DNA of 37,915 nucleotides from a virus (Duplodnaviria; Heunggongvirae; Uroviricota; Caudoviricetes): IMG/VR virus record IMGVR_UViG_2913123054_000005, positions 1 to 37,915 of that record; one strand, 5' to 3'. Shown piece by piece: positions 9,204 to 18,693 of this stretch (position 1 is its first letter; each line of letters starts with the position of its first letter). The notes under the pieces were generated by a model. It saw only the letters and a program-made list of their open reading frames with translations, ran no database searches and was not told where the DNA came from. The position numbers and the translations under genes were made by a program.

Positions 9204-10966
9204 CCAGTCCTCCCTATCCTTGTGTAACCTACATCATGGTTAACATCTATACCTGTGGAACGGCTATCAGTAACACTCATTCCTTGTGGGGCACCTTTGA
9301 ACTCAACGGTGATGGATCCTTTCGGTTGAGTCGCCGTTCCCTGTTTGATCTGATAAGGGTTATATCCTGAACTAGCCACTCCTGTACCATACGCGCCGTA
9401 ACCACCGGCTCCCCACTGCGCGGCGTTTGCGGCAGCGACCGTATCACTGGCACCATCTGTAAACCACTCGATAATAGGCTTGAGCTTGTCCCACATATCC
9501 TGAAACCACTGCACAACTGGGCCCCAGTTGTTAATGATCATTCCCATAGGAGTCCAGGCGAAAACAGTTTTGAATAGCTCCCAGCCAGCCTCAAAGTATG
9601 GTTTTATGCTTCCCCACATTTCTTTAAAGAATGGCCCAACGACATCCCAATTTGCTATCAGCACCCCGGCAGCCAACGCAATCCCCCTGATAATTAAACC
9701 AATAGGTGAAGCACTAGCGACAAAGGACATTATTTTTAATGCCATACTGGCACCAGCAACGGCAACTCGAAGTGCGACAAATCCGGCAGCTGCACCCAGC
9801 AATGCTCTAACCATGGCAGGATTACGTGAAACAAAGTCAGTTGCTTTTTGAATCAGGGGCATCAACCCCGCGGCGCTGGCATTAATTTGTGGCAGCAATG
9901 CATTCCCAAGCGCCACACCAGCGTGAGTAGCCTGATTTCGTAGAAGCTGTAACTGGTTTGCAGTCGTTGCTGCACGGGCCTCATACTCTTTTTGCATTGA
10001 GCCGGTATACTGCGATGCATCACCAACCATATTGAAGTTTTTCTTCAACAGATCGAGGTTGGTTAACAGAGGGGCAATTGCGCCAATGGACTCTTTACCA
10101 AAAAGAACATTCAATGCCTTCGGTTGTCTGGCCTTATCAAGTTTTGAGATGCTTTCAAGGACCTTCAACATCGTTCCCTGGGCATCCTTTTGCATATCTG
10201 AAGCAAGTTTTTTGGAATTAAACCCGAGGAACTGGAACGCCTCCTGCTGCTGTTTAGAACCTCCCGTAATTGCCAGCATAAAGTTTTTAATGCCAGTTGC
10301 GGCAATTTCCTGTTCAACGCCCACACCTGCAAGTGTTGCGCCCAACGCCGCAATCTGACCCGACGCAATACCAGCAACCTCCCCAAGCGGACCTATGCGG
10401 GTAACAATGTCAGAAATCTGCTGGGCGCTGGCAGCCCCGTTGTTTGAAAGATAGTTAATCTTATCTGCAAGCGAAACCACCTCCCCCTGAGTCATTTTGA
10501 AAGAGGTTCGCCACTTAGCCATCATCTCACCGGACTGATCCGCTGATTGATCAAAGGCGACGCCCATTTTCAGTGCGTCTTCTGCAAATTGCTTCAGGTC
10601 TTCCCTTGCAATACCAGCCTGGCCACCTGCGGCTACGAGTTTCGCAATATCATTCGCGGCCATAGGCAGACGATCCGACATTTTTAAGATGTCTTCACTC
10701 ATCTCGGAAAACTGCTGTGGCGTATCGAAATCGACAACTTTACGAACATCAGCCATCTGCGATTCAAAATCTATTGCCGCTTTGGCCCCAGCAATAAACG
10801 GCGCTGCAAATGCCCCGCCGCCGATTAAATCCCCCATAGAAAAATCAGCCAGACCGCTGGATTTGATCCCTTTTTGAAACCCTTTGATTTTCTTCTGCAT
10901 GGAGGACAGCGCAGGAGAAAGCTTGTCAACCCCGGTAATCAGGGCTTTAAGTTCAAACTCAGCCAT
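9191..10966 (-). CDS. Tail tape measure protein
   Basis: 591 aa; Ala/Gly-rich helical segments and a hydrophobic central region; directly downstream of the chaperone gene. Confidence 0.8.
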   Translation of the reverse strand: MAEFELKALITGVDKLSPALSSMQKKIKGFQKGIKSSGLADFSMGDLIGGGAFAAPFIAGAKAAIDFESQMADVRKVVDFDTPQQFSEMSEDILKMSDRLPMAANDIAKLVAAGGQAGIAREDLKQFAEDALKMGVAFDQSADQSGEMMAKWRTSFKMTQGEVVSLADKINYLSNNGAASAQQISDIVTRIGPLGEVAGIASGQIAALGATLAGVGVEQEIAATGIKNFMLAITGGSKQQQEAFQFLGFNSKKLASDMQKDAQGTMLKVLESISKLDKARQPKALNVLFGKESIGAIAPLLTNLDLLKKNFNMVGDASQYTGSMQKEYEARAATTANQLQLLRNQATHAGVALGNALLPQINASAAGLMPLIQKATDFVSRNPAMVRALLGAAAGFVALRVAVAGASMALKIMSFVASASPIGLIIRGIALAAGVLIANWDVVGPFFKEMWGSIKPYFEAGWELFKTVFAWTPMGMIINNWGPVVQWFQDMWDKLKPIIEWFTDGASDTVAAANAAQWGAGGYGAYGTGVASSGYNPYQIKQGTATQPKGSITVEFKGAPQGMSVTDSRSTGIDVNHDVGYTRIGRTGMGG

Positions 10967-10968
10967 TT

Positions 10969-11124
10969 TTATTGTTCCTGGTTGATGCGGTTGGCCTGCT
11001 CAGCAAGTAAACCCAGAACTGAAAACGGTTCGTTGAGCATTTCCAGGGGATTGATGCGCCAGTATTTGGCGCAATCAAAATAATGATTCAGGAGTTGTCC
11101 TGCGCTGAGTTCCCGAGGAAAAAA
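10969..11124 (-). other. Programmed -1 ribosomal frameshift site and extension of the tail chaperone
   Basis: Zero-frame codons ggT TTT TTC place slippery heptamer U UUU UUC at 11124..11118 (minus strand). The -1 frame is open for 49 codons (PRELSAGQLLNHYFDCAKYWRINPLEMLNEPFSVLGLLAEQANRINQEQ) and stops at 10971..10969, three bases before the tape measure ATG. Confidence 0.6.
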
Positions 11125-11375
11125 CCGACAATATCCCAACTGATAGTGTTCAGATCTGAGGGTTGCATTTCATCAACAGAACTTGGTGGGATGCTCGCCA
11201 AACGAGAAATGTATTTCGCAATTACCCCTGCATCCATTTTCACGCCTGCATCGCCGCTGGCCGTGTAAGGGAAACCGAGTTCACGAACATCTTTCCCCGT
11301 AGGCTCCCGCAGTTCAAGAACGTGGATATCTTCCCCATGGGCTCGAACAGGTTTGCTTAGTTTAATTTCCTTCAT
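11088..11375 (-). CDS. Tail assembly chaperone (short, zero-frame form)
   Basis: 95 aa between the tube and tape measure genes; ends 121 nt before the tape measure start. Confidence 0.6.
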   Translation of the reverse strand: MKEIKLSKPVRAHGEDIHVLELREPTGKDVRELGFPYTASGDAGVKMDAGVIAKYISRLASIPPSSVDEMQPSDLNTISWDIVGFFLGNSAQDNS

Positions 11376-11731
11376 TACTGGTAATCCCCTTCTTCACCGT
11401 GGAACTCAAGGTCGACCGTGCCTTCTTCGGCATTATGGTTCGCTTCGCCGTGCAGCCAGGCAGACGACAGTACATAGACCTGACCGTTCGCCAGCTCGGC
11501 AGTGATGGTCATCTCATCAGACGAGGTGATTTTGCTCACCGGAAAATTCTTCGGCACCTTGAAGGTCCCTTTGACATAAGGCGCACGGTGAGTTTCCTTG
11601 CGGTCCACTGAACCGTCCAGGCCGATGATGTCATCATTGACCGTCCTGTTCATAGGCACCTCAATGCCGCCGGTCAGCGATAGCTGCTGACCGTCAATTT
11701 TGAAATAACAGGTTCCCCCGATACGGGCCAT
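11375..11731 (-). CDS. Tail tube protein (Mu gp40-like)
   Basis: 118 aa immediately downstream of the sheath gene. Confidence 0.6.
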   Translation of the reverse strand: MARIGGTCYFKIDGQQLSLTGGIEVPMNRTVNDDIIGLDGSVDRKETHRAPYVKGTFKVPKNFPVSKITSSDEMTITAELANGQVYVLSSAWLHGEANHNAEEGTVDLEFHGEEGDYQ

Positions 11732-13227
11732 TATGCAGACTCCTCTGAATACTGAAGACGGAACTGGTTAACCACGGCAAAGACACGCAACTGGTTAACA
11801 TAGTCAGGCGGGAACAGCGTGTTCAGGCGGTTCGGATCGCTGGCATCACGCTCCACAACCAGGTACTGCTTAAACAGTTCGTAGTTTTCCACGATCCCCG
11901 CACGCTCAAGCTGACGGTAGGTTGCCAGCAGTTCCCCTTTGATCACCGCCGGGGTGACAATCGCCTGACCGGGACCAAAGCGGGTACCGTCGCTGGCAAG
12001 CTTGTGACGCCCGTACTTACTGGTAATGACGGATTTCAGTTTGCGCAGTACATACGCACTGGTATGCAGCGTCTCGCTGTCGAGGTAGCTGTTATCCGCA
12101 ACCCCGTAAGCATTTTTCCTGTACGTGGTGACATCACGCTGAATGCGCAGCACCCCGCTTTCGACATACGCCGTTGCCACGCCATGAGACAGCAGGGTCT
12201 GCTGCTCGGTCATCGTGAACCGTTTCCCCTTCGGCGCAGGCAGCATACCCACCAGCTCACCGGTCTGCGTGGGACGTGCCGGATCGTTGCGGATAAACAC
12301 CGCTGCGCGGGCGGTACGGCTTGCCGCCAGCTCGTCGGCAGGCGTCTGGGTCTCTTTTTCGTACCCCGCCAGGGTGATGTGCTGCTGGTTAAACTGGTCA
12401 CCTGCGGTCACCAGTTCTGACAGCGTGCCGATCTTTGCCGTATACACATGACCATACAGCTGACGCGCATAGCTCCAGCGACCGCTGGTATCGTTCATCT
12501 CGGTCACCAGCGTGTTAACGGAGGCCGTGTCGTTGAACGGCAGGCCGATATAATCAAACGGCTCATCCGCCATTGCAGCCACCGCGCCGGTGAGAACCGG
12601 AGCACCCGTTCCGGCGGTACCCGTCGCCACGGCAATCTGTACGCCCGCTGGCAGCACTTCGCCCCCACCAAAGCCGTAGTAATTGAGGCTGACAGGAATT
12701 TCATTCCCGCAAAGCCCCTTATGACGCGCGGTCAGTGTGACCACGCCTGCCGAAGATGAAGCCGTAAACGGCATGGCCGGAACGGCATTGATGGCATCCT
12801 GAATACTGCTGGCAATCGTCGTGACGTTATCGCCGTTGGTCACCGGTGCCTGCACGCGGGTACGTCCCACATAAACATTCACCGTGCCGGTTTCGGTTGC
12901 CGCCCCGGTCACCGTCAGCGTAACCGTTGCCGCCGCGCCTGTGGCTTCCGGAACGGCAATCACATACAGCTCGCCAAACGGGTCGGTCTGGCGATAAGCC
13001 TCGACCATACGCGCCAGCTGACTTCCCGCACCACAAATCTGGCGTGCATAGTCTGCCGACGGCATCAGCACCAGACTGTTGGCAACAATCTCTGCACCGT
13101 TATTGGCGTGACCAATCAGCAACGACGCTCCGCTGTCCTGTGCAGTATTAGCCGCCTGGTTATCCATTTCCGCATAAAACAGCGGAACCAGCGTATTCGA
13201 CGGAATGGTGTTAAAGCTTATCGTCAT
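11731..13227 (-). CDS. Contractile tail sheath protein
   Basis: 498 aa; size and position upstream of the tube gene. Confidence 0.8.
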   Translation of the reverse strand: MTISFNTIPSNTLVPLFYAEMDNQAANTAQDSGASLLIGHANNGAEIVANSLVLMPSADYARQICGAGSQLARMVEAYRQTDPFGELYVIAVPEATGAAATVTLTVTGAATETGTVNVYVGRTRVQAPVTNGDNVTTIASSIQDAINAVPAMPFTASSSAGVVTLTARHKGLCGNEIPVSLNYYGFGGGEVLPAGVQIAVATGTAGTGAPVLTGAVAAMADEPFDYIGLPFNDTASVNTLVTEMNDTSGRWSYARQLYGHVYTAKIGTLSELVTAGDQFNQQHITLAGYEKETQTPADELAASRTARAAVFIRNDPARPTQTGELVGMLPAPKGKRFTMTEQQTLLSHGVATAYVESGVLRIQRDVTTYRKNAYGVADNSYLDSETLHTSAYVLRKLKSVITSKYGRHKLASDGTRFGPGQAIVTPAVIKGELLATYRQLERAGIVENYELFKQYLVVERDASDPNRLNTLFPPDYVNQLRVFAVVNQFRLQYSEESA

Positions 13228-13381
13228 CGGTATTCACCTTTTCATTCACGCGCCGGATATCACCCGCTGCTTCACGGCGCAGCCAGTAGTTGTTCTCGTC
13301 AACATTTCGCCCTTCGGTGGGCAAAAGGTCACCGCGGGCAGGGTCAGGCACTGACCGCCCTTTAACAGGTTTGACAAACAT
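13211..13381 (-). CDS. Small hypothetical protein (56 aa) between the tail gene and the sheath gene
   Basis: ATG at 13381 preceded by GAGGA; fills the gap; overlaps the sheath start. Not in the supplied ORF track (below length cutoff). Confidence 0.3.
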   Translation of the reverse strand: MFVKPVKGRSVPDPARGDLLPTEGRNVDENNYWLRREAAGDIRRVNEKVNTDDDKL

Positions 13382-13389
13382 GAGGATCC

Positions 13390-13950
13390 TCAGGAAGGAA
13401 GGATTATTTCGGTGTGATGTTCGATATCGCCGTCAGGCCCGTTACCGGGATCGAGATAATCAACATCAATCGCCAGCGTTCGCAGTTCATCCAGACTGTT
13501 CAGCTCATCCTGCTGGCGGGTATCGTCTTCGGTCAGCTCGCTGATGACCGAAAAATCGAACTGATAAATCAGCTCATGACGATTCAGATCCAGCAGCGTG
13601 CCGCCGTCATAGGTAATCGGGTTACCGCACGCCTCCGGGTTCCAGCCCAGCAGGGCCTTAAAGAGCATCTGCCGGACATCGTCCACCACATCATACGAAG
13701 CAAACTGACCGCGCTCATCACGCCCATTACTCAGTATGACAACCACGGAGAAGCCCTCTTTCAGCTCCTGCCAGTAGTCGGTCTGGCTTTTGTTTTCTCC
13801 CGGAGAGTCATCACCCGGTACCACATATGCCGCCGGGAGCTTCAGCTTTCCGACCTCCGGCAGATTTTTGAACTGTGCCGCGCCTGCAACCCGGTTTTCA
13901 AAATACGGACAGCGGGCACGCAGCGCAGCAATAACAGGCGTCAGTTTCAT
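13390..13950 (-). CDS. Tail completion / tail terminator-like protein (Mu gp37-like)
   Basis: 186 aa; synteny. Confidence 0.45.
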   Translation of the reverse strand: MKLTPVIAALRARCPYFENRVAGAAQFKNLPEVGKLKLPAAYVVPGDDSPGENKSQTDYWQELKEGFSVVVILSNGRDERGQFASYDVVDDVRQMLFKALLGWNPEACGNPITYDGGTLLDLNRHELIYQFDFSVISELTEDDTRQQDELNSLDELRTLAIDVDYLDPGNGPDGDIEHHTEIILPS

Positions 13951-14453
13951 CTGTGTCGTCGCTCCGGCTTCAGTGATTTACGCAATTCCCGCGCCAGAAA
14001 ATAGCGTGTCCAGCTGCGGTTCTTTTCAAGAGTTTCCACCATGAAGTTATTACGTGGAGCCAGTCGCCAGCCGCTGCCACCGGATGCACCACGATGATGA
14101 CTACGACGACGTTTTGCTCCTCCCCGGACACCAAAAAATAGAAACGCCGGATAGAAGTCACCAGAGATCATCCGGTTCCCCTTCCCGTTGCGCTGGTTAG
14201 GGGCTATACGTGCCATAAAACCGGGGCGATGTTTACTGGCTCTGGGTACCATATAACCAATCGAACGTGCCAGGCGTCCGGTCTGATAACCGGGGTTTTC
14301 ACCCGGTGCCGACCGCGCACGGCGCATCACCAGCCGACGGGCATCACGCATATGACGCTGCCCAATCGTGACAAACGCCCGCCGGACACGGGCGCGGTTA
14401 AAGCGCATCTCCGTGGGCTGCTGAACATCAACGTGCAAAAAGGGAGTCGCCAT
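13947..14453 (-). CDS. Virion morphogenesis / neck protein (HK97 gp10-like)
   Basis: 168 aa, basic; synteny. Confidence 0.5.
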   Translation of the reverse strand: MATPFLHVDVQQPTEMRFNRARVRRAFVTIGQRHMRDARRLVMRRARSAPGENPGYQTGRLARSIGYMVPRASKHRPGFMARIAPNQRNGKGNRMISGDFYPAFLFFGVRGGAKRRRSHHRGASGGSGWRLAPRNNFMVETLEKNRSWTRYFLARELRKSLKPERRHR

Positions 14454-14838
14454 TGCTGCCTCCGTGACTCTGCGTAAATTCGCCCAGCTCTGTACACTCC
14501 AGCAACAGAAAGCGCCGCGCCCCGTTCAGATCACGCTGACGTTTCACCCGGTACACACTGTCATCACAGACCACCTCATAATCAGCAGTGATCCCCCGGC
14601 GGTAACGAATGGTGATGTAATGGGTGATGGCGTCCCCGGTCTGCGCGGTTTCCTGCCAGGTGGTGGCACTGGTCTGGATAACCTTCGCCCATGTCCGGAA
14701 CGCAACCGGGTATTGAGGCTCCACGCCAAAGTTATCCGCGGGCATATCCACCCGCTGGCGGATCAGGACGCGTTTATTCAGTTCACCGGGGTCCGGCAGA
14801 ATGTAGGTTGCGCTGGTCTGCGCCTGACGAATTTTCAT
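14428..14838 (-). CDS. Head-tail adaptor / head closure protein
   Basis: 136 aa; synteny downstream of the connector gene. Confidence 0.5.
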   Translation of the reverse strand: MKIRQAQTSATYILPDPGELNKRVLIRQRVDMPADNFGVEPQYPVAFRTWAKVIQTSATTWQETAQTGDAITHYITIRYRRGITADYEVVCDDSVYRVKRQRDLNGARRFLLLECTELGEFTQSHGGSNGDSLFAR

Positions 14839-15158
14839 TGCGGAAAGTACCTGTACGGGCCGACAAGCCAGCCAAAACTCTGCGGCATGTCGAGTTTCTC
14901 CACTTCCGTAACCGACGAGCGGTTTTCGTAAAAATGGCTGATAAGCATCAGCATCCCCAGACGAATATCATCCGGCAGGTGCAGCCCGTCCGGATCGCTC
15001 TCCGGAATGGTTTCATCCGGTGCATAGAGCTTCCGGTTCAGATACGTTTCCGTCCGCTTTTGCGCCGCACAGGCCAGCAGTTGCAGATGGCGGTCATCAG
15101 CATCGAAATCCTCATCCAGCCGGAGTTGGGCTTTAATCTCTTCCATTGTCAGAAGCAT
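14835..15158 (-). CDS. Head-tail connector protein (gp6-like)
   Basis: 107 aa; synteny. Confidence 0.5.
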   Translation of the reverse strand: MLLTMEEIKAQLRLDEDFDADDRHLQLLACAAQKRTETYLNRKLYAPDETIPESDPDGLHLPDDIRLGMLMLISHFYENRSSVTEVEKLDMPQSFGWLVGPYRYFPQ

Positions 15159-15160
15159 AC

Positions 15161-15361
15161 TCAGCCCTCTTTACTGGTCGTGGCTTTTTTCTCTTTTGCC
15201 GCTTTACTGCTTTTTGCACTGGTTCCGCGCTCTGCTAACCCGGCCTGAAGTGCAATCTCCTGCACCCGGGCAGGAAGCGCCCCGTCGTCATACTCACCGG
15301 CCCGAATGACCTCAACACGCATACCGTCCGGTGACCATTTCAGATCTTGTTTCAGGATCAT
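15161..15361 (-). CDS. Small hypothetical head-module protein
   Basis: 66 aa, Lys/Ala-rich tail; directly downstream of the capsid gene. Confidence 0.4.
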   Translation of the reverse strand: MILKQDLKWSPDGMRVEVIRAGEYDDGALPARVQEIALQAGLAERGTSAKSSKAAKEKKATTSKEG

Positions 15362-15382
15362 GATTCTTCACCCGTCAGAACA

Positions 15383-15403
15383 GGGGGCGCGGTTCCGCGC
15401 CCC
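15383..15403 (-). promoter_or_regulatory. GC-rich hairpin immediately after the major capsid gene (candidate attenuator / mRNA stabiliser)
   Basis: gggcgcg gttc cgcgccc near-perfect stem, 8 nt past the capsid stop. Confidence 0.4.
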
Positions 15404-15410
15404 TGAGTGA

Positions 15411-16616
15411 TTACGCCGCTGCAATCTTCAGCAGTTTGATGGCCTGCGAATCGACCAGCATGCCGCCGGTGCGTTTGGTGGTATAAAAACCGACAAACGG
15501 TTTATTGGTGTACGGGTCACGCAGAATGCGGGTGCCGATACGGTCAACGATGGTGTAACCCCGTTTGAAGTTACCAAATGCAATGGCTTTCGCATCAGCG
15601 GCGATATCCGGCATCTGTTCGTTTTCAGCGATACCGTAACCCGCCAGAGAGGACGGCTGCCCCAGCTCCAGCCCCGGACGCCACAGATAGTTACCCTCGC
15701 TGTCTTTCAGCAGACGGATGGCAAACAGGCTATTGTTGTTCATCATGAACTTCGCGCCGGTGCGGTGTGCCTTACGCAGCGTGTAAATCAGTTTGATAAT
15801 GGCGTCTGCGGTCACCGCCGTCGCGGCGCCGGATACAATATGCTGAAGTTTGCCGAACGCCCGGACCTTATCGGTTTCATCCGTGGATTCATACGCCAGG
15901 AACCCTTTCGGCTTCTTGGTACCATCGCCGGTGGTAAAGGCAATTTCTTCCTGTTCGGCAAATTCGGTTGCCAGCTCGCTGTTGATCCATGCTTCCACGT
16001 TGAAAAAGGCATCATCCAGCATTTTCTGGGTGGCCTGCGGGTTACCGTAGATTTCCCCCATGAAAGGTTCAATCAGGCCCAGTTTTGAGGTGGCAGTCTG
16101 GGAGCGCGCGTCAGTCTCGCCAACCCATCCAGAAGCCGTGCCGCCCAGATTCACCAGTTTTTTGTAGTCGGAGCCACCAACGGTGATCACCGTGGCTTCC
16201 TGGCGCATCACCACTTCATCTTTCAGCAGGGTGAGAATGTTGCGATCCAGTGCTTCCGGCACGGCATAGCCGCCGTCTTCATCGGTGCCCACCTGTAATG
16301 CCTTGCGCTCCAGATCGCGCAGACCATCTTCACGGCCTTTACGCAGGAAGCCCACAAACGCTTCTTTATGCTCGGTGGCCAGTTTATTTTGCGCACCACC
16401 TGCCGGACGTTTCAGCTCAAGCAGCTCTTTTTCAAGATCGCTTTTGAGGTTTTCCAGCTCGCTGAGTTTCCCGTTCAGGGTTTCCACCTGCCCGGCAAGC
16501 TTGCCTTTTTCCTGCTCAATCGCATCCACGCGCTTGTCGTTCTTTGCTTTGAAGTCGTCAAACTTCTGCTGCAGCTCCTGCGCGACCTGTTCTACATCTT
16601 TAATATCTACCGCCAT
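15411..16616 (-). CDS. Major capsid protein, HK97 fold family
   Basis: 401 aa; N-terminal coiled-coil delta-like region followed by a capsid body; position after the prohead protease. Confidence 0.85.
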   Translation of the reverse strand: MAVDIKDVEQVAQELQQKFDDFKAKNDKRVDAIEQEKGKLAGQVETLNGKLSELENLKSDLEKELLELKRPAGGAQNKLATEHKEAFVGFLRKGREDGLRDLERKALQVGTDEDGGYAVPEALDRNILTLLKDEVVMRQEATVITVGGSDYKKLVNLGGTASGWVGETDARSQTATSKLGLIEPFMGEIYGNPQATQKMLDDAFFNVEAWINSELATEFAEQEEIAFTTGDGTKKPKGFLAYESTDETDKVRAFGKLQHIVSGAATAVTADAIIKLIYTLRKAHRTGAKFMMNNNSLFAIRLLKDSEGNYLWRPGLELGQPSSLAGYGIAENEQMPDIAADAKAIAFGNFKRGYTIVDRIGTRILRDPYTNKPFVGFYTTKRTGGMLVDSQAIKLLKIAAA

Positions 16617-16630
16617 CGTATTTCTCCTGA

Positions 16631-17317
16631 TTAGAAGTTCAGATTTTTCAGTGCATTCAGTGCAGAGCTCACATCCTCAGCGTCGCGCAGGGACAGTGCG
16701 CCATAGCCCCCGGCCATGAATGCTTTGGCCTGGGTACGGGAGAGTCCGACATCACGCAGGACTCTTTCGATTTTTTTCTGTTCAGGGATTTCCCCGCGGG
16801 CCAGTGCGTTCTTGACGTCGCTGATCCGCGCCTCGTCGTTAGACGGAAACGTCACCAGACTGACTTCCCAGAGGTCGATTTCTTTCAGCAAAAAGGCTTC
16901 TTTGCTCCGGTCGTATTCCCAGTCTTTCAGGACGTACCCAATAGAAAGGCCGGTTAACGAACCGGCCTTCATGTGTGCATGTGCGCGTTTTGCGAGGGGA
17001 TCATCATCAATAAGCAACCGTCCCCTGACGTAAAGCCCGACATCGTCTTCCTTCATTTCAGTGTAAACACCGATGGGTTCATCCATGCGGTGCTGCCAGA
17101 GCAGCGCAGGTAACGCTTTTCTGTCACTCCACGCCCGCAGGGAAGCAGCAAATGCCCCGGACATCACCACATCATCGTGGCTGTCCTTTACACCAAAGAC
17201 GGAGCCATACCCTTCAAACTCACCGGAGTCACTGACAGATTTCAGACTCAGCGGTACATCAAGACGTTGTTTCGTCTGCATTGGCGTTATCCTTCTGCTT
17301 ACCGGCCTTACTGCCAT
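16631..17317 (-). CDS. Prohead protease (HK97 family)
   Basis: 228 aa; between portal and capsid. True start may be an internal Met (overlaps the portal 3' end). Confidence 0.75.
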   Translation of the reverse strand: MAVRPVSRRITPMQTKQRLDVPLSLKSVSDSGEFEGYGSVFGVKDSHDDVVMSGAFAASLRAWSDRKALPALLWQHRMDEPIGVYTEMKEDDVGLYVRGRLLIDDDPLAKRAHAHMKAGSLTGLSIGYVLKDWEYDRSKEAFLLKEIDLWEVSLVTFPSNDEARISDVKNALARGEIPEQKKIERVLRDVGLSRTQAKAFMAGGYGALSLRDAEDVSSALNALKNLNF

Positions 17318-18500
17318 CGGAGGGTTTCGTGGTCATGTTCATCGGTGTGAGATAGACATCACCACCGGGACGCGGATTCATATCTTCCAGGTCGCGGCAG
17401 TCATTGGGAGAGTAAATTCCCCAGTTGATCCCGGTGGCGTAGGCTTCAAAACGGGACTTCATATCCCCGCGCAGTAACGCCCCGGCGTTAAATTTGGCGT
17501 AATAAACGCCCTGCTTACTTTTTCGTACCAGTCCGGTGTTGATCCGCTGTTCGATGCGGGTCAGATACGGCACCAGTGAATAGTTGATAAATCCCAGCCC
17601 CAGCTCTTCGATATTGTTGAAGGTGGCGCGATCGGTGTTCTGCACCATGTGCAATGGCACACGGAACAGACGACAGATTTCTTCAAGCTGAAACTTGCGG
17701 GTTTCCAGGAACTGGCTGTCCTCGGCGTTCAGCGCCATCGACTTCCAGTCCAGCCCCATCTCAAGGATCATCGGGCGGTGAGCATTACCAAGCCCGGTGT
17801 GACGCTCCTCAAAATCTTTCTTCAGACGCTCATAAGCCTGATCCGACAGCGTCTGCTCTGTACGCAACACACCGGACGTCACCGCACCATTGCTGAACAG
17901 TCTGGCCCCGTGCTCTTCGGTCGCAGCTGCCAGCGATATTGCCTCGCGGGCATAGGCGATGGGATTCAGTCCCACCAGACCGTCCAGCGTCAGCGTGCGC
18001 ACATGCCAGATATCTTCCTGGCTCAGTACATCCGTGGAGCCATCCGGGAATGTGACCTGATAGACCGGCTCCCAGCTACTGTTAAGCTTCGGTACCACAC
18101 AGCCGGGATCGACGGGCAGCAGTTCAGCCACTTCGCCAAATGCTTTCACTTTGTAGGCGTAAAAGTTTCCCCGCAGGCACAGACAGGTGACCACCAGCTC
18201 CCAGAACTCCTGCGGCGTCATATAGCCATTGGGATGCGTGGAGATCAGCTTATGCAGACGCTCGCCGGTGGCTCTCTGTTTCAGGCTGCCGTTCAGGTGA
18301 TACAGATTGCAGGGCAACATCCCGACCGACTCTGCCAGCACCCTGACGCAGGAAAAAACCGCCGTCAGTCGCATGGCCCGCTGGCTGCTGATCTGCTTTC
18401 CGGTATAGGTGTCATATGACAGCCCGATAGCATCCGCCAGCTCTGCTGGCGTGGTCACCGGTGCGTCACTTTTTCGTTGAAATAATCCCGAAAAGAACAC
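17259..18500 (-). CDS. Portal protein (HK97 family)
   Basis: 413 aa; directly downstream of the terminase large subunit. Confidence 0.8.
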   Translation of the reverse strand: MFFSGLFQRKSDAPVTTPAELADAIGLSYDTYTGKQISSQRAMRLTAVFSCVRVLAESVGMLPCNLYHLNGSLKQRATGERLHKLISTHPNGYMTPQEFWELVVTCLCLRGNFYAYKVKAFGEVAELLPVDPGCVVPKLNSSWEPVYQVTFPDGSTDVLSQEDIWHVRTLTLDGLVGLNPIAYAREAISLAAATEEHGARLFSNGAVTSGVLRTEQTLSDQAYERLKKDFEERHTGLGNAHRPMILEMGLDWKSMALNAEDSQFLETRKFQLEEICRLFRVPLHMVQNTDRATFNNIEELGLGFINYSLVPYLTRIEQRINTGLVRKSKQGVYYAKFNAGALLRGDMKSRFEAYATGINWGIYSPNDCRDLEDMNPRPGGDVYLTPMNMTTKPSDGSKAGKQKDNANADETTS

Positions 18501-18682
18501 TATTTACCTCCGCCGACAGACGACTGTGTACGGTCGAGATATCGCGCCACCAGCCACGACCAGAACAGGCACAGCGCCCCGGCAACAACAAACCCCGCCG
18601 GGGGATAAATCAGCCAGGCACCATACGCCAGCAAAAGCGCACCCAGCACGCCCACCAGAGGCGCGAGAATCAGCATGATCAT
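18500..18682 (-). CDS. Small hydrophobic protein between terminase and portal
   Basis: 60 aa, mostly one or two TM helices; tight fit in the gap. Confidence 0.35.
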
Positions 18683-18693
18683 AATTACCTCAG

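Noticed and set aside
13414-14004. 196-aa plus-strand ORF antisense to tail/neck genes
   Set aside because: No SD, odd composition; it overlaps two well-placed minus-strand genes.
16285-16719. 144-aa plus-strand ORF antisense to the capsid gene
   Set aside because: Ser/Arg/Pro-rich low-complexity translation typical of the reverse frame of a real gene.
17649-18419. 256-aa plus-strand ORF antisense to the portal gene
   Set aside because: Composition is frame noise; the minus-strand portal gene explains the region.
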